Source: a virus
IMG/VR virus record: IMGVR_UViG_3300024346_003797
Span: 13,091 to 77,090 of that record
Length of the DNA stretch: 64,000 nt
Strand: one strand, 5' to 3'
The position numbers were made by a program, and so were the translations under genes. Below are positions 54,301 through 60,855 of this stretch, piece by piece. The first letter of the stretch is position 1. Every line of letters begins with the position of its first letter. The notes under the pieces are model-generated. The model was not told the origin of the DNA, did no database searches, and saw only the letters and a program-made list of their open reading frames with translations.

Positions 54301-54971
54301 CACTGGATATAGTCTTTTTAAGTAACGGAGAAACTGGTGCTGATAAGAACTATGAATATTTACTGAGTGTGACTAAAGGATTGCCTAATCGTGTTGTACG
54401 TGTAGATGGGATCAATGGTCGTGTTGCTAGCTATCATGCAGCCGCAAATATAAGTGAAACACCCTGGATGTTTACTGTGTTTGCTAAGTTACGTGTTAAT
54501 GATAAGTTTGATTGGTCATGGCAACCCGATAGATTGCAAGTAGCTAAACATTATATCTTCAATGCAACTAACCCTGTCAATGGATTGGTATACGGCCACC
54601 AAGCTATGATTGCATATAACAAAAAGATTACCTTAAATAATATTGGTAGAGGTTTAGACTTCACACTAGATGACGAGCATGAGGTCGTTGATATGAATAG
54701 TGGTGTAGCACTGTACAATACAGATGCATTTAGCACTTGGCGTACTAGTTTCCGTGAAGCTATTAAGTTACGTGCTGATAACAGTCAGGCAAGCAAAGAT
54801 AGACTAGATGCATGGTTAAATATCGGTGAAGGTGATTATGCCCAATATAGTTGTGAAGGTGCTCAACATGCTGTAGAATACTACGAATCAGTCAATGGTG
54901 ATTTAGATAAATTACGACTAAGTTATGATTGGCCTTGGTTGCAAGAGTATTTTAATGCTAAATACAATTGA
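48333..54971 (+). CDS. 2212-aa tandem-repeat protein with GT-A-like terminal domains
   Basis: 22 consecutive FD(F/Y/L)(S/T)WxP(D/N)...YIYx(F/W)G units plus degenerate copies. Confidence 0.85.
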   Translation: MIRDVFYYGNKPNAHPREKHAIDLADARSQCTTEHFWIINEYCDYTNFDWDWDFDFLPDEDVWAEEHNNVWPSSYQKDSGTWLCSEQDSQVIIYRADVDPVSLKDIISGNWKIIEAIDMPSFDFKWHPDPTEDPYIYVFGNQWYSGMIMPTVEYHVPGATNRKYLTDKIAQLLPIPELFDTIHETLDFDYSWRPDPTSPPYTYVFGNTQYPSSVMPTIEYTVEGATERKFIEQITPKLKPQQHKFNILEIIDRNKFDFSWVPDPTSPPYIYVFGNTQYPGTIMPTIEYTVEGATERKYVDNIVAHLLPMQSVFNTIYETLDFDYSWRPDPTSPPYIYVFGNTQYPGNIMPTIEYVVEGATERKYIDDIVPNLAHQPHKFKLLEDIDTTKFDFSWVPDPTSPPYIYVWGNQWNKPEDKISVQYVVEGATEYKYMEQRATRKACTDNWQTPGYVIQNSFDYSWEPNPNDNPYIYQFGTQWQKTGGPKYIVEGATEIKYVDVIKASIVPWQFKNWLIPRNIEQTSFDFSWHPDDTEPNYIYQFASQWSKSGGPRFSMPNATDVKYIDFPIAVAKTDMTHWSIPAGLDTSEFDYSWHPDIEDEPYIYQFGTQWQKTGGPVFTAPLCNETTPVKYVDITKAKMLPNDSNWVTHENIVDFDYSWHPDSTEQPYIYQFGTQWQKTGGPSYVVGGATEIKYVDVITANVSVTTKNWVTHEEVIDFDYSWHPDSTEQPYIYQWGNKHYGSDLQPTIEYIVPGATQIKHMSQDVNLSVSDKWIEHYDIDKTKFDMSWRPDPTSPPYIYIWGNKHIAPELKSTVEYHVEGATEIKYMPERLAVLPEFDRWHEIQLVDRTKFDLTWRPDPREPDYIYVWGNKWIAGELESSIEYHCPGATEKKYMETLVDVLPQQERWNIVQKPSDFDYSWRPDPREPAYIYVWGNKHIAGELKPTVEYYCPNATERKYMGDIDVAPEMDRWNIVQDVTESFDLTWRPDPREPAYIYVWGNKYISGELKATIEYHCPDATERKYMGNAEVIPEYTKWKITQDIDKTKFDLTWRPDPREPAYIYVWGNKHIDAELKPTIEYYCEGATERKYMGNVDALPEFDKWVEVQPVDKTKFDLTWRPDPREPAYIYVWGNKWIPGELRSTIEYHCLGAIEKKYMGEAEVMPISENWKINQSVDNFDFTWRPDPREPDYIYVWGNKWISGELMPTVEYYCSGATEKKYMGEVDVAPEWDKYQILIPIDKTSFDFSWRPDPHEPAFIYVWGNQSNSAEKEPTIEYHCEGAIERKYITDTFVKTLPVVENWKILIPVDNFDFSWRPDPHSPPFIYVFGNQWHDATTEPTLEYHVDGAKDKKFVTDIIANAIRTQEHWKTLIPVESFDYSWRPNPHSNPYIYVFGNQWHNSIKEPTIEYHVLGATDKKYIDDIHAIVKSTATDPNWKRLIPIETFDYSWRPDPGSPPFIYVFGNKWNDATTEPSIEYHVHGATEYKYINDPVATPQANLAFWSINNNDDLETFDFTWRPNPHSPPQIYQWADNGPRYTMPDATEVVFMERTVETRKTVVNRYKIKTTLEDLILEHTEEVFWAINPDLSYDKFDFSWRPNEENFRHINVFGNEYSMNTQTYYVNGPLYMMGHKEFNYVEGQTVEIDSNLSMFYIDRGNSESNDRFTLLKTRYPQIQKTRYLNTWVDTINRCINKSQTKLCWILNSELDYSEFDFDFYPSPWQEKMVHVFGTQWSHWGTTFMINKETFSEDTKYVKIIEHLNVLNFVKSKRTVAKNCLYDIILIDHGNNRATEINGIPVTIIKYERSYLNTFKKLLSILPQKNEHYVWITSSVCDYSNFDFSYICDPYAKDQLHVFPSDRQKFGDTFLVDVNKLRTLIDSMVVLEDYNKINFNQHLRTKRLDPPSIITNDDTHCTSVDTEFNFPYAIFTTYDNQSIKAVDTEPMNLWSPNTKNIIVTSTGGTRIIVPKEAKEYVKKELYDYPYISKINKQFASKPLDIVFLSNGETGADKNYEYLLSVTKGLPNRVVRVDGINGRVASYHAAANISETPWMFTVFAKLRVNDKFDWSWQPDRLQVAKHYIFNATNPVNGLVYGHQAMIAYNKKITLNNIGRGLDFTLDDEHEVVDMNSGVALYNTDAFSTWRTSFREAIKLRADNSQASKDRLDAWLNIGEGDYAQYSCEGAQHAVEYYESVNGDLDKLRLSYDWPWLQEYFNAKYN
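48690..52980 (+). repeat. in-frame tandem repeat, ~190-200 nt period, 22 units
   Basis: For example, identical 76-nt cores at 51454-51529 and 51652-51727. Confidence 0.9.
54939..54968 (+). promoter_or_regulatory. overlapping sigma70-like (TTGCAA-N18-TACAAT) and late (GCTAAATA, 54957-54964) promoters for tmRNA
   Basis: Embedded in the last codons of the repeat gene, just upstream of the acceptor piece. Confidence 0.5.
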
Positions 54972-55320
54972 AGTTATTGCTGTATGAAGCAAAGAGAAAA
55001 GGGTTCTGGACGCGGGTGCGAATCCCGCCAGGTCCACCATAAAGGAATATAATGGAAAATTTCAGCAAGTGGATAGTAATATTTGTTATTATGCTTTTCA
55101 TTTTACATGAAATGACAAGTTAGTTTCTTTATGATGGGCCTGATATAGATTCGACAGGGCAACAAGTAAATTAGTGGACAGCTCGGCAAAGCAGAAGCCG
55201 TTAGGATTGGGGTTACCCGATCGTAGAAGCAAAAAAAGTAACCGCAAACGACTCACAGTTTAGCATTGCAGCCTGATTAAGGCAGCTAGGGTAAGACATA
55301 CCTCGTAACAGAAACTCAAA
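54972..55320 (+). ncRNA. ssrA: circularly permuted two-piece tmRNA: acceptor piece to CCA 55039, intervening segment 55040-55135, coding piece from 55136
   Basis: T-arm GCGGG-TGCGAAT-CCCGC then CAGGTCC-A-CCA comes before GGGCCTG...GATTCGAC. 7-bp acceptor stem with G3-U70. Tag ANDSQFSIAA* at 55244-55276. Outer ends approximate. Confidence 0.92.
55052..55123 (+). CDS. 23-aa hydrophobic peptide in the tmRNA intervening segment
   Basis: AAAGGA SD, then MENFSKWIVIFVIMLFILHEMTS*. Confidence 0.55.
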   Translation: MENFSKWIVIFVIMLFILHEMTS

Positions 55321-55323
55321 ATT

Positions 55324-55343
55324 GGCTCTTCGGAGCCTTTTTT
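55324..55343 (+). terminator. intrinsic terminator
   Basis: GGCTC-TTCG-GAGCC followed by T6. Confidence 0.9.
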
Positions 55344-55354
55344 ACGGCTAAACA

Positions 55355-55370
55355 TGTGATCCTAATCACA
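55355..55370. promoter_or_regulatory. perfect CRP-type box TGTGA-N6-TCACA
   Basis: tgtga tcctaa tcaca, upstream of a sigma70 promoter. Confidence 0.55.
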
Positions 55371-55389
55371 CCTACGTAAAATATTAGTA

Positions 55390-55419
55390 TTGACAGAGGT
55401 AGTAGAAACGCTATATACT
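55390..55419 (+). promoter_or_regulatory. sigma70 promoter TTGACA-N18-TATACT
   Basis: Near-consensus hexamers upstream of the 55452 gene. Confidence 0.75.
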
Positions 55420-55451
55420 TATTGAGTTATTTTTATATAAAAAGGAAAATT

Positions 55452-56351
55452 ATGACAACTACAATTACAATCAAAGACAAACCGGTAAACGCTACTTACC
55501 AAAACATTACAGGCCTAACAGGTGGTGGTGGTGTAGATGCCGCATTTGATGTTACAAAAACTAACGGAGTTTATTCCGTTGTATTAGACAGTCTTGCCGC
55601 TAGCGCAGGTCGCGGTTACTTAGCCGGTGACACTATCACTCTTGCTGGTACAGCATTGGGTGGCACAATTGCTAACAACTTAATCGTTACAGTAGCTACA
55701 GTTGGTACATTAGGTAAGATTGCTACGTTTGGCGTAGTAGGTACAGGTCGCATTGGCGACGGTACAGTTGACGTTCAAGTTGATATTACTGGTACAACAG
55801 GTATTGACACTTATGTTGCAGGCGGTGCAAGCACAGAGTTTACTACAACTAAAACAGTTGACAATGTAAAGTTAGCTAGCACATTAGTATCTAATATGGA
55901 ATTCAATCTTGCTAACCACGAACGTATTGTCTTTACAGACAAAGCTATTGCATATGATGCCGCAGGTCGTGCAGGTGATGTTTATGCATTACTAGCAGCC
56001 GCATTAGGTACAGCAGATGTAACTAAAGCTTACACAGGTATTGGTATACATCTTGCTGACGCAGGTTGGACTAACAAAGAATTAGCAACAGCATTATTAG
56101 CTACTGACACCTACAAAGCTGATGCCGGTGGTGTTAGTGATGAGACATTCATCAAGCACGTTTACAAAAATGTATACGGTACAAATGCTAGTTTAGCAGA
56201 TGTAACAGCATTGACAACTTGGATGACTACTAACAAATACAGTCAAGCTGATGTATTAGTAGCCGCAAGTGAGTTAGCCGCATTTGAAACGACTATTGGT
56301 TTAGTTGGACTAGCAACAACTGGTATTGAATACACTCCATTCGTAGCTTAA
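55452..56351 (+). CDS. DUF4214/S-layer-like protein with a virion-like N-terminal beta domain
   Basis: ERIVFTDKAIAYD and SDETFIKHVYKNVYG; start moved to the ATG after AAAGGA. Confidence 0.65.
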   Translation: MTTTITIKDKPVNATYQNITGLTGGGGVDAAFDVTKTNGVYSVVLDSLAASAGRGYLAGDTITLAGTALGGTIANNLIVTVATVGTLGKIATFGVVGTGRIGDGTVDVQVDITGTTGIDTYVAGGASTEFTTTKTVDNVKLASTLVSNMEFNLANHERIVFTDKAIAYDAAGRAGDVYALLAAALGTADVTKAYTGIGIHLADAGWTNKELATALLATDTYKADAGGVSDETFIKHVYKNVYGTNASLADVTALTTWMTTNKYSQADVLVAASELAAFETTIGLVGLATTGIEYTPFVA

Positions 56352-56361
56352 TCACTATTTG

Positions 56362-56375
56362 TTGATTTAAATCAA
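56362..56375. promoter_or_regulatory. perfect FNR-type box TTGAT-N4-ATCAA
   Basis: ttgat ttaa atcaa, intergenic. Confidence 0.4.
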
Positions 56376-56395
56376 AGGGCTCTACGGAGCCTTTT
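56374..56395 (+). terminator. intrinsic terminator
   Basis: AAAGGGCTC-TACG-GAGCCTTTT. Confidence 0.8.
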
Positions 56396-56416
56396 ATAAT
56401 GGGTTTAAAAATAGCT

Positions 56417-56424
56417 GATAAATA
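56417..56424 (+). promoter_or_regulatory. late promoter GATAAATA
   Basis: 5 nt before ATG 56430. Confidence 0.65.
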
Positions 56425-56429
56425 TTTTT

Positions 56430-56876
56430 ATGATAAAGTCTTTGTCCTGGCATACTATAGAGTTTATTTGGCAAACTCATCTATGGCCTGATCGTGTCTC
56501 TAAAATTGAACCAAACAGTGCAATGTCATATAAATCAGGTTATGATATGTACAATATGAATACTATACCATCATTTTTTGGATACTACATTAATGATGAC
56601 TTAGTTGGAGTAAATAGCGGACATAGTTGTTCAGATAACATGTACCGTTCTCGTGGCTTGTGGGTTGACCCTAACCATCGAGGTAAAGGTATAGGTAAAC
56701 AGCTTTTAGTTGAGACAATAAATCAAGCTAACCGTGAAGATGCTAGAATGATATGGAGTTTTCCTAAACGTACTAGTTGGAAAACATATAACTCAGTTGG
56801 ATTTGAGTTAACAAGTGATTGGCAAAGCTCAGAAACTAGTAATGAAAATGCTTATTGCATATTGGAATTAAAATGA
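56430..56876 (+). CDS. GNAT-family acetyltransferase
   Basis: Motif A LWVDPNHRGKGIGKQLL; YNSVGF. Confidence 0.88.
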   Translation: MIKSLSWHTIEFIWQTHLWPDRVSKIEPNSAMSYKSGYDMYNMNTIPSFFGYYINDDLVGVNSGHSCSDNMYRSRGLWVDPNHRGKGIGKQLLVETINQANREDARMIWSFPKRTSWKTYNSVGFELTSDWQSSETSNENAYCILELK

Positions 56877-57460
56877 TTACGTTACAAAAAGACCGTACAA
56901 TATTAGATTTTGTACAAGTTTATAAACAGGCAATGTCCACTAAACAATGTCAATCCGTGCTTAACAAAGTAGATAGTATGGAATGGCATACCCACGCATG
57001 GTCTAGTTATAATAAAGTAGCTACTAGTGGAAGTCCAGAAACAGAGTTTACTAGGGCCGAAGTCTCAAATGGCACAACTAGGTTATTATTATCAGGATGT
57101 GTAAACCAGTGTGTAACACAATATACACGTTATATTGAGAATATCTTTTCTATCAGAATCGGGTTCAACGGAATGACTATCCCATCGATGAACCGATATT
57201 GTACGGGTCAGAAAATGTTACCTCATGTAGACCACATTACAAGCATTTTTGATGGACAGTTAAAGGGTATCCCCACATTGTCTGTAGTAGGATTGTTAAA
57301 TAACGATTTTACAGATGGCCAGTTTATGTTTTGGGAAGACCATAATATGAAACTAGAAGTAGGAGATATTATGATATTTCCTAGTAATTTTATGTATAAA
57401 CATCATGTTGAGCCGGTTACACAGGGCACACGCTATTCTTTTGTATCATGGACTTATTAA
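56873..57460 (+). CDS. 2OG-Fe(II) oxygenase (prolyl-4-hydroxylase-like)
   Basis: HVD...H...RYS; ATGA overlap start. Confidence 0.88.
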   Translation: MITLQKDRTILDFVQVYKQAMSTKQCQSVLNKVDSMEWHTHAWSSYNKVATSGSPETEFTRAEVSNGTTRLLLSGCVNQCVTQYTRYIENIFSIRIGFNGMTIPSMNRYCTGQKMLPHVDHITSIFDGQLKGIPTLSVVGLLNNDFTDGQFMFWEDHNMKLEVGDIMIFPSNFMYKHHVEPVTQGTRYSFVSWTY

Positions 57461-57464
57461 AGAT

Positions 57465-57479
57465 GATAAATACTAAATA
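57465..57479 (+). promoter_or_regulatory. tandem late boxes GATAAATA-CTAAATA
   Basis: Upstream of the S8 protease. Confidence 0.65.
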
Positions 57480-57499
57480 TCATTAACTGGAACGACCCT

Positions 57500-59086
57500 A
57501 TGAAATACCTATTAGATTTTAAAAATAACACCTCTGACGCAGATATTCAGCAATATTGCACAGACCATAATATAACTGTTATTAAACAGTTTAACAAATT
57601 GGGTTTGGTATATGAAGTATCAGCAGATGTTGAGCCACCGATAACAGCTATCATTGAATATGTTATTAATGATGAACATGCTCCTATCTCTTTGTTAAGC
57701 CGTGACACCGTTAGCTTTGATTCCGCAACAGATACTAACTGGTGGAAAATGGCTACGTTAGATTTGCATGACTACGATACACCAGTAGTTACACATAGAG
57801 TAAACACAAAAAACATGAATGTTTATATAGTTGATAGTGGAATTACTGCATCACATCCTGAGTTTGTGGGTGTGCCGGTAGAAAACATTTATAGTTATGA
57901 TGGTACATTTGATGATATTAATGGTCACGGAACTGCTATTGCCAGTATTATTTCAGGGAACACTTGTTCAGTAAGTAATGCTGATTTAAAAATCGTAAAG
58001 ATATTTGGTGCTACACCTACATTACAGAGTCATCTATTGGCAGCGTTTGATGCTATCATTACACATGCCGCAACAACTCCGTTCCCATCAATTGTTAATT
58101 TAAGTTGGATTATTGATAAGAATCAATTTATTGAATCTAAGATTCAAAAACTTATTGACAACAATATTGCAGTAGTTTGTTCTGCTGGTAATTCAGGTAC
58201 ACCTATTCCAGATGTAACACCAGCATCTATGTTTGATGTTATTACAGTTGGTGCATATGGACAAGATTTTGAGCCATGTGATTTCTCTAACTATACAGGT
58301 AGTGGTATTACTAATACTAGTAGTGCGGTTAATCATGGTGCTATAGACATGTGGTCTCCTGGCATTGATATTTTAGCAGCCAACATTGATGGTTCATATC
58401 ATATTGTATCTGGTACTAGTATTGCAACAGCGATACATAGTGCAACATTAGCATTTGTATTTGGTATAGAGTTTAGTGGTGATAACCCTGAGTTTGTATT
58501 AGCTACTAATAGAATTCAAAACTTAATATCTATACCCATAAACCAAAAAGGTGCAGGATCATATAGAAAAAATGTATTGACATTAGAAGGTGTCTATGCT
58601 GAATCTGTAAATAGAATGTCAACTATTCTATCTAAGCCGGAAGTTACTAACCGTTATGCATTTGACTTAACAACAAGTAAGATTGTAAATGAACCTATCT
58701 GTGAGTTCTTATTCTTACAGCTATATGTAACAAACTGTACAGTAGACAAAGCATTACCTACTGGATTGCAAATTATTGATGGACATTTGACTGGTACAGT
58801 TGATCCTGCATATTTAGAAGGTGCATCGTACAAATCCTTTAAGGCACAATGTGAGTTACAAACTGTAACAGGTGATACTACTTCATTAGAAATAAATCTA
58901 TTATTAAAGATTAGTGAAGAAATCGATTTGGATCCAGTGGATGATCCTGAAATAATTGTATTCTTGCAATCAGGTCCAGGATGTCCAAATACTTTTGTTT
59001 GTCCTGAAAATCCATGTACAGGTCCAGTTTATAAACTGACACAATGTAATGACCCTTCAATTAGCGGGCAATGTAACTGTTTTTAA
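57500..59086 (+). CDS. subtilisin-like S8 protease: prodomain, catalytic domain, Ig-like domain, Cys-rich tail
   Basis: IVDSG, HGTAIAS, SAGN, SGTS catalytic motifs; no signal peptide. Confidence 0.9.
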   Translation: MKYLLDFKNNTSDADIQQYCTDHNITVIKQFNKLGLVYEVSADVEPPITAIIEYVINDEHAPISLLSRDTVSFDSATDTNWWKMATLDLHDYDTPVVTHRVNTKNMNVYIVDSGITASHPEFVGVPVENIYSYDGTFDDINGHGTAIASIISGNTCSVSNADLKIVKIFGATPTLQSHLLAAFDAIITHAATTPFPSIVNLSWIIDKNQFIESKIQKLIDNNIAVVCSAGNSGTPIPDVTPASMFDVITVGAYGQDFEPCDFSNYTGSGITNTSSAVNHGAIDMWSPGIDILAANIDGSYHIVSGTSIATAIHSATLAFVFGIEFSGDNPEFVLATNRIQNLISIPINQKGAGSYRKNVLTLEGVYAESVNRMSTILSKPEVTNRYAFDLTTSKIVNEPICEFLFLQLYVTNCTVDKALPTGLQIIDGHLTGTVDPAYLEGASYKSFKAQCELQTVTGDTTSLEINLLLKISEEIDLDPVDDPEIIVFLQSGPGCPNTFVCPENPCTGPVYKLTQCNDPSISGQCNCF

Positions 59087-59096
59087 ACATTTAAAA

Positions 59097-59303
59097 ATGA
59101 GCTTTGTTGATAAACTTAAAGAAAAACTCTCTGACGCAATTCATACATTGGATATAGCAGATGATAATGTTATCAAACATCGACTAGCTACTTGCACCTC
59201 GTGCGAGTATTTTACACAGTTACGAAGATGCAAACAATGTGGTTGTTTTATGGACGCTAAGACTAAATTAGTAATAGCAAAATGTCCAGTTAACAAATGG
59301 TAA
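59097..59303 (+). CDS. small Cys-rich putative metal-binding protein (DUF6171-like)
   Basis: RLATCTSC...CKQCGCFM...KCPVNKW; start moved to ATG 59097. Confidence 0.7.
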   Translation: MSFVDKLKEKLSDAIHTLDIADDNVIKHRLATCTSCEYFTQLRRCKQCGCFMDAKTKLVIAKCPVNKW

Positions 59304-60224
59304 ATGGATTGGATAAAAAAACTACCTTCAGAAGGTAAACAACGTTTCGTATCATACGAAAACTTGTTATTTACCGATCGTAAACCTATACATGTAGCAA
59401 TTGATGCAGTAAAACATATAGCCAAACATTATCCAGCACCTTATACCTTATTTGCTTCAGGTGGTGTAGATAGCCAAGCATGTATCTATTCTTGGCTACA
59501 ATCAGGTATTGATTTTGAAGTTGTATTTGTTAAGTACGAAAATGACTTCAATATGCATGATTTTGTTGAGTTAGAATTAATGCAACAACAGTATGGCTTT
59601 AAAATAAAAATATTAGAGTTCAATGTCATAGATTTTTTAACTACTAAACTAAAAGATTACGTTACAAAATATAGAACGATATCACCTATGTTATGTACAC
59701 ATTTTGCTATAAGTGAAATGATAACAGAAGGTACAGTAGTTTTTAGCGGTAATTATTGTCCTTCATATCCTACATATGTAGACTATCCTACCGAATCTTG
59801 GATGAATTATTTAGAGGTTACTAAACGTAAAATGATTCCTTGTTTCTTTTTATCAGACCCTGAGTTAGCAACAGCCTTTTATAAAATACATAACAATGAA
59901 TACTCAAACATTGAAGAACGTTTTACAGATCAATCTCGCAATATAAATGGACAGGCTAACTGGGAATACACCGTAAAATGTGCGATATATAAACAAGCAG
60001 GATTTCCTATTATTGCTCAGTCATATAAAGCTACAGGATTTGAAAAAATAAAAGATTATTGTGATGTACATTTTCCTATAAATCCAAAAGAACGATTACT
60101 ATATGGTACTATACCCGGTAGTAAAAGATCGTTCGAAATAAAGTTTAGATACCCTTGGATTAAAACAGTACCGGAAGCGTTAGTCCCTATTAAAATAATT
60201 AATCATAGACTTACACCTAGATAA
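59304..60224 (+). CDS. PP-loop adenylating enzyme (asparagine-synthetase C-domain-like)
   Basis: LFASGGVDS and a late KATGFE motif. Confidence 0.65.
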   Translation: MDWIKKLPSEGKQRFVSYENLLFTDRKPIHVAIDAVKHIAKHYPAPYTLFASGGVDSQACIYSWLQSGIDFEVVFVKYENDFNMHDFVELELMQQQYGFKIKILEFNVIDFLTTKLKDYVTKYRTISPMLCTHFAISEMITEGTVVFSGNYCPSYPTYVDYPTESWMNYLEVTKRKMIPCFFLSDPELATAFYKIHNNEYSNIEERFTDQSRNINGQANWEYTVKCAIYKQAGFPIIAQSYKATGFEKIKDYCDVHFPINPKERLLYGTIPGSKRSFEIKFRYPWIKTVPEALVPIKIINHRLTPR

Positions 60225-60231
60225 ATATTTT

Positions 60232-60855
60232 ATGAATAAAATTCCCGCATTCACCATCCCGTTCTATGAGTTTATGTGTGATGAACATTTGATAACTGAA
60301 ATATTAGATATAGCAAAATCATCAGAATACACACCAAATGCATCTAATAAAACTAGCCAATATCGATTAAGATATAAACCATTGATACAATGGATTAATC
60401 AATGCTTAGATGAAGTAAAAAATGATTTACACGATGAGTCATCAAAATTTGAACTTAAAGTAACCGACTGCTGGCTTAATAAATCTAGTTACACTGAAAA
60501 GCATCATACCCATTCACACGCTAACTCTTTATACAGCGGTGTGCTTTATTTGACTACGCATGATAAAAAATCTACTACCAAATTCCTTTTTCCTAATCCA
60601 TTTCATAATTTAGAGTTTACTAACTTATTTACAATGGGAGCACCCATAATTACTAGTAAAAAAACATTAGTATCGGAGATAACCCCAGTTGCAGGCAAGA
60701 TGATAATTTTCCCCTCTCATATTCAGCATGAAACAACTACGCATATTACCAGAGACAGTAGATATACAGTAGCATTTAATTCGTTCGTTTCGGGAGTAAT
60801 AGGGGTAGATGACAATCTTACTAGATTGCATATTACTACACATTATGATGAATAA
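60232..60855 (+). CDS. 2OG-Fe(II) oxygenase (TIGR02466-like)
   Basis: HSHANSLYSGVLYL, IFPSHIQH, RYTVAFN; GATAAATA box at 60220-60227. Confidence 0.85.
   Translation: MNKIPAFTIPFYEFMCDEHLITEILDIAKSSEYTPNASNKTSQYRLRYKPLIQWINQCLDEVKNDLHDESSKFELKVTDCWLNKSSYTEKHHTHSHANSLYSGVLYLTTHDKKSTTKFLFPNPFHNLEFTNLFTMGAPIITSKKTLVSEITPVAGKMIIFPSHIQHETTTHITRDSRYTVAFNSFVSGVIGVDDNLTRLHITTHYDE

Noticed and set aside
55001-55039. Stand-alone tRNA or att-site tRNA fragment
   Set aside because: It pairs with the downstream GGGCCTG half carrying a tag ORF, so it is the tmRNA acceptor piece; no integrase is nearby
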